Part shown: piece by piece, positions 7,546 through 13,436 of the stretch
Numbering within the stretch: the first letter of the stretch is position 1
Layout: the number at the start of each line of letters is the position of its first letter
Assembly (NCBI GenBank): GCA_964534375.1
Contig: CAZHPN010000166.1
Location: 1 to 13,436 of the forward strand
Length of the DNA stretch: 13,436 bases
DNA from: an uncultured bacterium
GTDB lineage: Bacteria > Lernaellota > Lernaellaia > Lernaellales > Lernaellaceae
Direction: 5' to 3'
Notes under the pieces: model-generated
Databases searched by the model: none
Told to the model about the DNA's origin: nothing
The model's input: the letters and a program-made list of their open reading frames with translations, nothing else
Made by a program: the position numbers and the translations under genes

Positions 7546-7575
7546 AGCGTATCGCACGTCGCCGGAAAAAGGCAA
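7546..7575 (-). promoter_or_regulatory. Candidate promoter for the propeller lipoprotein gene
   Basis: Minus strand TTGCCT (7575-7570), 18-nt spacer, TACGCT (7551-7546). Confidence 0.3.
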
Positions 7576-7664
7576 GCCCAGCCGCACCGGCAGCGCGCAA
7601 TCGGTCGATTCCCGGAAACGGCTGGCGCCGCAACGCCTGACCGCTCTCGCTGGCCGGCCGGCCA

Positions 7665-7689
7665 CGTTTGACTTGCCGCTGTTTTGCTC
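7665..7689 (+). repeat. 25-bp exact direct repeat, right copy
   Basis: Identical to 5252-5276; the copies are 2413 bp apart. Confidence 0.97.
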
Positions 7690-7696
7690 CTTTAAT
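7668..7696 (+). promoter_or_regulatory. Sigma70-type promoter for the GH57-like/lipoprotein operon
   Basis: TTGACT (7668-7673), 17-nt spacer, TTTAAT (7691-7696); SD aggaaagga before the ATG at 7732. Confidence 0.65.
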
Positions 7697-7731
7697 CGCG
7701 CAGGTCAGTCCCCTTCAGGAAAGGAAACGTC

Positions 7732-9573
7732 ATGATTTGCCGGCACAGCTTGTTGGGCGGTTTCCGGATGCGGGCGGCGTGCTGTCTGCTCACGGCGTCG
7801 GCGTTGGTCGCGGCGTTCGCCTCGGCCGCGGCGGCGCAGGAGCAGCAGAAGTTCGCCGCGGCGTTGTTTCACTGCAACTTGCAATACGTGGAGGGCGGCA
7901 CGCTCGGCATGCTGCCGCTGCCCGGGTTGCTCAACGTCTTTCCGAATTGGGAGCAAGGCAACAACGCGATCGAGGACATGATCATCGAGCGCAGCTTCGA
8001 GCCGCTGCTCGACCTCTATGCCAAACACCCGACGTGGGGCCTCGACATCGAGATGGAGAGCTACTACCTCGAAGTGCTGGCGGCGCGCCACCCGACGGTG
8101 CTGGCGAAGCTCATCCAGTTGATCCAAAACAACCAGGCGGAGGTCATCAGCTTTCACTATTCCGCGCAGTTCTTCCTCGCCTACGGCCGCACCGCCTGGG
8201 ACCATTCGGTCGCCGAGGTGAAAGCCGATTTCACGGAATACGGCGTGCCGCTGTCCGACGTCGTCTTCGCGCAGGAGGGCCAGTCGGGCATGGGCATGGC
8301 GACGGCGATGGCGGCCAACGGCTACAAGCACATGGTGTGGCCGAAAAATCTTTGGATCTACCAGCACGGCTCGTTCACGCCGGCGCCGCTGTACGCCTTC
8401 GGCAATCTGGATATGGTTCCGGCGCCGCTCGACATCAATTACAACAACGGCCAATTGCAGCTCACGTGGACCTACCTCGACGACCAGGAAATCTGGGCGA
8501 CGAACGGCATCGACCCCTATTTCCCGCCGTTTTTCATCACCTGCCAGAGCTGCATCGACGCCTATGAAACGCAACTGGAGCAGCTTGAGACGAACGGCTA
8601 CAAGATCGCGCGCGTGACCGATTACATCGCCGCCGTGAACGCCCTGAACATCGCGCCGGCCGCGCCGCCGCCGCTGTTCGACGGCACGTGGCAACCGAGT
8701 TCGACCGACGGCGTTCATCGCTGGCTCGGCGGCCTCGGCACGCTCTTTTTCGAGTCCGACGGCGAGCGCGACAACCACGTCCACACGCTCAATGAAATCG
8801 CCTTCCGCGAGTTGCAGGCGGCCGAGACCATCGCCACGGTCGCGGGTTTGTCGGTCGCCGACGAGATCGACGTCTTGTGGCATTTGCTCAACCTCGGCAT
8901 GGGCAGCGACGCGACGGGCGTCAACCCCATCGGCAGCGAGGCCGGCTTCGGCATTTCGCACGCCGCCGAGGTCGCGCGGCGCGCCCGCGAAATCATCGAG
9001 GAGGGCAAAACGAAGCTGGGCCTGACGACCGCGGCGATCGACATCGCCGCCGGAACCGCCGTCGCCGGAACCGCGCCGGCCGAGCCGCCGATCGTGGCCA
9101 GCGGCCCGGTCGAGCCGCAAATCGACGTCACCGGCCGCGTGGCGACCTCGACCTGGCGCCAGTCTGCCGACAACCCGCAGCTCTGGCGGTTGGACATCGG
9201 CTTCAGCGCCGGCGCCAACCGCACGATTGCGGTCACGTTCCCCGGGACCTCGACGGAGGTCGTCTTCACCCACGCCCTGGTCGACAACGAACCGGTCATC
9301 TTCAACCGTTCGGATTTCACCTTCGACCACTGGTGGATGCCGCTGCCCAACGGCATGCTCAATCTCGACGACGACCTGTTCGTCATCGCCGATCTGAGCA
9401 TGGTCCACGTCGCCGCCAAGATCGTCCTGACCGACGGCTCGGCGACGTTCCAGGATGACACCGCCACCGTCGATTCGGCCATCAACTGGCGCTTCTACTT
9501 CCTGCGCGGCACGCCCGCCGACGCCCTCGCTTTCGCCAACGGCCTGAACATCCAGCCCACGCTGGTTCGGTAA
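7732..9573 (+). CDS. Secreted GH57-like glycoside hydrolase with an uncharacterised beta-rich C-terminal region
   Basis: Signal peptide ending in AAAA-Q; ALFHCNLQY resembles GH57 region 1 of the archaeal alpha-galactosidase group (recalled as LVFHGNLQY); IIERSFEPLL, EVISFHYS and FAQE fall where the GH57 conserved regions and nucleophile Glu are expected. Confidence 0.65.
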   Translation: MICRHSLLGGFRMRAACCLLTASALVAAFASAAAAQEQQKFAAALFHCNLQYVEGGTLGMLPLPGLLNVFPNWEQGNNAIEDMIIERSFEPLLDLYAKHPTWGLDIEMESYYLEVLAARHPTVLAKLIQLIQNNQAEVISFHYSAQFFLAYGRTAWDHSVAEVKADFTEYGVPLSDVVFAQEGQSGMGMATAMAANGYKHMVWPKNLWIYQHGSFTPAPLYAFGNLDMVPAPLDINYNNGQLQLTWTYLDDQEIWATNGIDPYFPPFFITCQSCIDAYETQLEQLETNGYKIARVTDYIAAVNALNIAPAAPPPLFDGTWQPSSTDGVHRWLGGLGTLFFESDGERDNHVHTLNEIAFRELQAAETIATVAGLSVADEIDVLWHLLNLGMGSDATGVNPIGSEAGFGISHAAEVARRAREIIEEGKTKLGLTTAAIDIAAGTAVAGTAPAEPPIVASGPVEPQIDVTGRVATSTWRQSADNPQLWRLDIGFSAGANRTIAVTFPGTSTEVVFTHALVDNEPVIFNRSDFTFDHWWMPLPNGMLNLDDDLFVIADLSMVHVAAKIVLTDGSATFQDDTATVDSAINWRFYFLRGTPADALAFANGLNIQPTLVR

Positions 9574-9584
9574 GGAGGCCCGCC

Positions 9585-10148
9585 ATGCACCGCCGATTCC
9601 TGCTGCTCCTCGTGCTGTTGACGCTCGCTTTCGCCGCGGCGCTCGCCTGCCAAAGCGCGAGCAGCAGTTCGTCCAGCCATCACGCCGAACCGACGCCCTC
9701 CGACGACGACGACGACGACGATTCCTCGCCGGCCGCCGATGACGACGCCTCGCCGGGCGTCATGCGCGTCTTCGACGCGGTGTTCGAGTTTCGCAATAAC
9801 TGCCACATCGTTTGGTACGAGAGCGGCGACACGCTTGCCAACGCCACCGTGCAATGCGGCAAAGGCTACGGCGACGATTTGATCGCGGCCGGCGTGACCA
9901 TGAGCGCCAGCGGCAGCGTGCTGCGCTTCCCCGAGGCGTTCCACGAAATTCACACGTTGACGTTCCAAAGCCCGCCGATCGCCGGCGGCCCGTGCGGCGC
10001 CCAACCCATCCAGTTGGCGATGTCGCTCAGCGGCCAGCAGGGCGTGGCCGAGCGCTTCGGCGGCATCGCCGCCTACTGCGGCGCGACCATCACCGGCACG
10101 CCGGCGCGCATCCTGCGGCTCGTCACGCACTGGGGGCATCCGGAATAA
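9585..10148 (+). CDS. Hypothetical lipoprotein with a Ser/Asp-rich linker (187 aa)
   Basis: Strong SD aaggagg; MHRRFLLLLVLLTLAFAAALA-C lipobox; poly-Ser and poly-Asp linker; four further Cys in the mature domain. Confidence 0.8.
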   Translation: MHRRFLLLLVLLTLAFAAALACQSASSSSSSHHAEPTPSDDDDDDDSSPAADDDASPGVMRVFDAVFEFRNNCHIVWYESGDTLANATVQCGKGYGDDLIAAGVTMSASGSVLRFPEAFHEIHTLTFQSPPIAGGPCGAQPIQLAMSLSGQQGVAERFGGIAAYCGATITGTPARILRLVTHWGHPE

Positions 10149-10320
10149 GGGTCGATATCATCAAAAGGCGGCCGCAGCGGCCGCGTGTATGACAACCCCC
10201 CCCCGCTAGGGGTTGTGACAAGATAATAGCGGGTAGGGATACTCGCGCTCTGACGGAAGCACAGTCCCGCTTCGGGCGGGATTGGAAAAGGATTGCGCCC
10301 GCAGGCGCGTCATCTTTTCG

Positions 10321-10347
10321 GGGGCGGGCGCGGGGACCCGCCCCTGC
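10321..10347 (-). repeat. REP-like palindrome related to 5097-5123
   Basis: Minus strand reads gcaggggcgggtccccgcgcccgcccc; stem ggggcggg/cccgcccc. Confidence 0.6.
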
Positions 10348-10374
10348 CGGTCAAAGTGGGGTGGAAAACGACTG

Positions 10375-10404
10375 TTGACAGCCGGAACCCGCTTGCGTAA
10401 CTAT
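10375..10404 (+). promoter_or_regulatory. Candidate promoter for the S9 peptidase
   Basis: Perfect TTGACA (10375-10380), 17-18 nt spacer, weak -10 TAACTAT (10398-10404), about 45 nt upstream of the ATG at 10450. Confidence 0.45.
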
Positions 10405-10449
10405 GGCATCAACACGCATCAGTTCGGAACTCTTAACTTGGGGGAACTC

Positions 10450-12927
10450 ATGAAAACGAGCATTTCCTGGCGTTGGCTCGGATGCCTCCTGCTCATGGGG
10501 CTCTTCGCCGCAATCGCGCACGCGGAGGATTTGACCTACCAGCTTCCGCCGGCGGCGATTGCGGATGTGGTCAATGCGCCGCGGACGCCCTTCGGAATTC
10601 TCAATCCGCAGGGCAGCACGATATTGCTGGGCGCGCCGGTCCTCTATCCGCCCATCGGCGATCTGGCCAAACCGATGTTGCGGCTGGCGGGGACTCGTCT
10701 CGACCCGACGACCAACGGGCCGCATCACCCCACGACGTGGAAAAATCTCATATTCAAATCCGTGCTGGACAAGAAGGAAACGCCGGTCCGCTTGCCCGCG
10801 GGCGTCCGGCCCGGAAAATTCGCTTGGAACGCCGCCGGCACGCGCGTCGCCTTTGAGAGCACGACCGACAACGGGATCGAGCTCTGGGTCGCCGACGCGG
10901 CCACGGGCGATGCCCGGCGGATCCCGGGCGTCGTGCTCAGCGACATGCTATGGGGCCGGCCGTTCGCCTGGATCTCGAATGGAAAGCGGCTGCTGGTTCG
11001 GCTGGTTCCGGCCGACCGCGGCGCGCCGCCAGCGCCGCCCGCGGCGCCCAGCGGCCCCAAAATCCTCGAAGCGCGCGGCGTAACGAAGCCCACCAGCACC
11101 TACGAGGCGCGCGACGTGCTGAAAAACGAATTCGACGCGCGCCTGTTCGACTACTACGCGACCGCGCAATTGGCCCTGGTCGATCCGGACACCGGCGCGA
11201 TTTCGCGCGTGGGCAAACCCGCGATTTACGATCGGGCGGCCGTGTCGCCGGACGGAAAATATATCGCCGTGTGGAGCCTGCATCGCCCGTATTCCTACGA
11301 ATTGACGGCCGACCGGTTCCCGATGGACATCGACGTATGGACCATCGCCGGCGAGCCGGTCTGCAACGTCGCCCGGTTGCCGCTGGCCGACCAGGTGCCG
11401 ATCCACGGGGTGCGCACCGGGCCGCGGAACGTGAATTGGCAGGCGACCGAGAACGCGACTTTGACCTGGTCGGAGGCGCTCGACGGCGGCGACTGGCGAA
11501 ACAAGGTTCCCTTCCGCAGCCGAATCATGCGCATTCAGGCGCCGTTCAAGGGCCAGCCGGAAGAGTTGTTCAAAACGCAGTTGCGGTCGGGCGGCATGAT
11601 GGACATGCAATCCGGCCGGCAGGGTTGGGTCTGGGCCGTGGATGAAGACCGCCATTGGTTGCAGTACATCGTGGCCGACCTGAGCCAGAGCCCGGCCCGG
11701 CTTCGCGTGGTGTGGGAGGGTTCGCGGGATGAATCGTACGGCGATCCGGGTTCGCCGGACATGGTGCAATTGCCCAACGGCTGGTGGGTGGTCCGCGTGC
11801 ACGACGGATCGGTGTTTCTCGGCGGAAACGGCGGCACGCCGGAGGGCGATCGGCCGTTCTTGGATCGGCTGGATTTGGCGACCGGCAAAAAAGTGCGCCT
11901 GTTCCGTTGCGACCAGGAGCACGACGAATCGTTCATCGGCTGGGTTCACGTCGAACAAGGCTTGTTCCTGACGCGCCGGGAATCGCCGACGGAGCCGCCG
12001 AACTTTTTCCTGCGCCGGCTGACCGACGAAATCAAGGCGGCGCCCAAGGGCGAGGCGGCTTTCGAGTCCACGATGACAACCGTGACGGAATTTCCCGATC
12101 CGGTTCCCGCGTTGCGGAAGATCGCCAAGCGGCTGGTCACCTACAAACGCCCGGACGGGGTCGAGCTTTCGTTCATGCTGCTGCTGCCGCCGGATTACAA
12201 GCCGGGGACCCGTTATCCGACCGTGATCGAGGCCTACCCGCTGGATTACACCGACAAGGGCGTCGCCGGCCAGGTGCGCGAGTCGCCCCGGAGTTTCATG
12301 AGTTCGTGGGGCCCCGACGTCCAGCTTCTCGCGCTGGCCGGCTACGTGGTGCTGTACAACGCCGCGATCCCGATCGTCGGGCCGTCGATGAAGGCGTACG
12401 ACACCTATATCGAGCAATTGACGGCGAGCGCCAAGGCGGCCATCGACAAGGCGGTCGAAATCGGCGTGACGGACCCGAACCGCGTGGGCGTGATCGGCCA
12501 CAGCCACGGGGCCTTGATGGTCGCCAATCTGTTGGCGCACACGACGCTCTTCAAGGCCGGCGTGGCGCGCAGCGGCGCCTACAACAAGACCCTGACCATG
12601 TTCGGCTTTCAGAGCGAACGGCGGACGCTGTGGGAGGGGCGGGAAACCTACCTCAATGTGTCGCCGCTGTTTTTCGCGGACAAAATCAAGGCGCCGCTGC
12701 TGCTCATTCACGGCGATCTCGATCAGAACCCCGGGACCACGCCGTTGCAGTCGGAACGCATGTTCGAGGCGGTCCGCGGCGTCGGCGGCACCACGCGCCT
12801 GGTGATGCTGCCGTTCGAAGGCCACGGCTATCAGAGCCTGGAATCGGTGCAGCATGTCCTTTATGAAATGGTGCGGTGGTTCGACATGTACGTGAAAAAC
12901 GCGCCGGGCGGGCAAGGGACGAAATAG
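10450..12927 (+). CDS. Secreted S9-family serine peptidase (prolyl oligopeptidase clan, resembling glutamyl endopeptidase/S9D)
   Basis: Signal peptide MKTSISWRWLGCLLLMGLFAAIAHA; SD ggggga; YQLPP..I N-terminus; catalytic motifs GHSHGA, DQNPGT, EGHGY; ARSGAYNKTLT.FGFQSERRTLWE. Confidence 0.92.
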   Translation: MKTSISWRWLGCLLLMGLFAAIAHAEDLTYQLPPAAIADVVNAPRTPFGILNPQGSTILLGAPVLYPPIGDLAKPMLRLAGTRLDPTTNGPHHPTTWKNLIFKSVLDKKETPVRLPAGVRPGKFAWNAAGTRVAFESTTDNGIELWVADAATGDARRIPGVVLSDMLWGRPFAWISNGKRLLVRLVPADRGAPPAPPAAPSGPKILEARGVTKPTSTYEARDVLKNEFDARLFDYYATAQLALVDPDTGAISRVGKPAIYDRAAVSPDGKYIAVWSLHRPYSYELTADRFPMDIDVWTIAGEPVCNVARLPLADQVPIHGVRTGPRNVNWQATENATLTWSEALDGGDWRNKVPFRSRIMRIQAPFKGQPEELFKTQLRSGGMMDMQSGRQGWVWAVDEDRHWLQYIVADLSQSPARLRVVWEGSRDESYGDPGSPDMVQLPNGWWVVRVHDGSVFLGGNGGTPEGDRPFLDRLDLATGKKVRLFRCDQEHDESFIGWVHVEQGLFLTRRESPTEPPNFFLRRLTDEIKAAPKGEAAFESTMTTVTEFPDPVPALRKIAKRLVTYKRPDGVELSFMLLLPPDYKPGTRYPTVIEAYPLDYTDKGVAGQVRESPRSFMSSWGPDVQLLALAGYVVLYNAAIPIVGPSMKAYDTYIEQLTASAKAAIDKAVEIGVTDPNRVGVIGHSHGALMVANLLAHTTLFKAGVARSGAYNKTLTMFGFQSERRTLWEGRETYLNVSPLFFADKIKAPLLLIHGDLDQNPGTTPLQSERMFEAVRGVGGTTRLVMLPFEGHGYQSLESVQHVLYEMVRWFDMYVKNAPGGQGTK

Positions 12928-13067
12928 CGGGGTTCGGGGTTCGGGATTCGGGATTCGGGATTCGGGATTCGGGATTCGGGATTCGGGATTCGGGATCCGG
13001 GATTCGGGATTCGGGATCCGGGATCCGGGATCCGGGTTCCGGGTTCCGGGGTCCGGGATCCGGGATT
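12928..13067 (+). repeat. Heptanucleotide tandem repeat, 20 units of consensus CGGGATY
   Basis: Units: cggggtt x2, cgggatt x7, then mixed cgggatc/cgggatt/cgggttc/cggggtc; begins on the base after the peptidase TAG. Confidence 0.97.
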
Positions 13068-13123
13068 TCGCGGCTAAACAAATAAACAAATGACTTTAAA
13101 CAGCAAATAAACGTAATTTACGC

Positions 13124-13139
13124 TGTTTCACGTGAAACA
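13124..13139. promoter_or_regulatory. parS: parS chromosome-partition site (ParB binding)
   Basis: TGTTTCACGTGAAACA, a perfect palindromic match to the universal bacterial parS consensus, intergenic. Confidence 0.9.
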
Positions 13140-13231
13140 TTTGGATAGGAGTTTTCGCGCGGCCGGACGGCGTTTTGTAAAAATTACGAAACAAAGCCAA
13201 TTTTGTGAGGCGAGCAGTTGACGGCGCGCCA

Positions 13232-13436
13232 TCAGCGTTGGTGCGGCGCCAGGGGAATATATTGGTGCAGGACGTCCTTGTCGGCGCGGAAGGCGGCGAG
13301 GTCTTTCTTGCCCAGGCAGAAGAAGAGGATTTCCATTTCTTCGATCACGCGGCGCAGGGCTTTCTTGACGGGCTCGGGGCCGAGGAGCGCCGGCTTGAGC
13401 AGCGGGGCCGCGATGCCGGCGAGGTCGGCGCCGAGC
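13232..13436 (-). CDS. fni: 3' end of type-2 (FMN-dependent) isopentenyl-diphosphate delta-isomerase, cut by the window edge; absent from the ORF track
   Basis: Manual translation LGADLAGIAAPLLKPALLGPEPVKKALRRVIEEMEILFFCLGKKDLAAFR...PHQR* fits the IDI-2 C-terminus (LGAD..G.A.P.LK.A...EL...MF..G); other FMN TIM-barrel enzymes are not fully excluded. Confidence 0.7.
   Translation of the reverse strand, partial: LGADLAGIAAPLLKPALLGPEPVKKALRRVIEEMEILFFCLGKKDLAAFRADKDVLHQYIPLAPHQR

Noticed and set aside
10282..10449. 56-aa N-terminal extension of the S9 peptidase
   Set aside because: Signal peptide and SD support ATG 10450; the extension spans a REP-like element and the candidate promoter
12704..13085. 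ORFs encoding RIPNPES or GFGIRDS repeats, or a CRISPR array
   Set aside because: These are translations of the heptamer DNA repeat; there are no unique spacers and no cas genes
341..13089. Long antisense or alternative-frame ORFs (e.g. 341-1309, 1427-3151, 3260-4408, 7705-9408, 10948-13089, 11784-12866)
   Set aside because: Shadow ORFs of high-GC genes; they overlap well-supported CDSs and have no recognisable motifs

Overview
High-GC bacterial chromosomal window. Plus strand: a DUF3108-like exported protein, obgE and a mannose-1-phosphate guanylyltransferase; then a GxxExxY (PD-(D/E)XK-like) gene inside a 628-bp element bounded by inverted repeats; then a NamZ/DUF1343 exo-N-acetylmuramidase. 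Next is a minus-strand Asp-rich lipoprotein with 14 beta-propeller-type repeats, bracketed by an exact 25-bp direct repeat whose right copy forms part of the likely promoter of the next operon. That operon encodes a secreted GH57-like hydrolase and a small Asp-rich lipoprotein. The window ends with an S9 peptidase, a 20-copy heptamer tandem repeat, a perfect parS site and the 3' end of a convergent type-2 IPP isomerase (fni). The two strongest observations are: (1) removing the GxxExxY element exactly restores a TGATG stop/start overlap between its neighbours, and its ends could base-pair in the mRNA; (2) an integrase-less single-gene cassette flanked by 25-bp att-like direct repeats. Product calls come from motif recognition by eye, not database searches.
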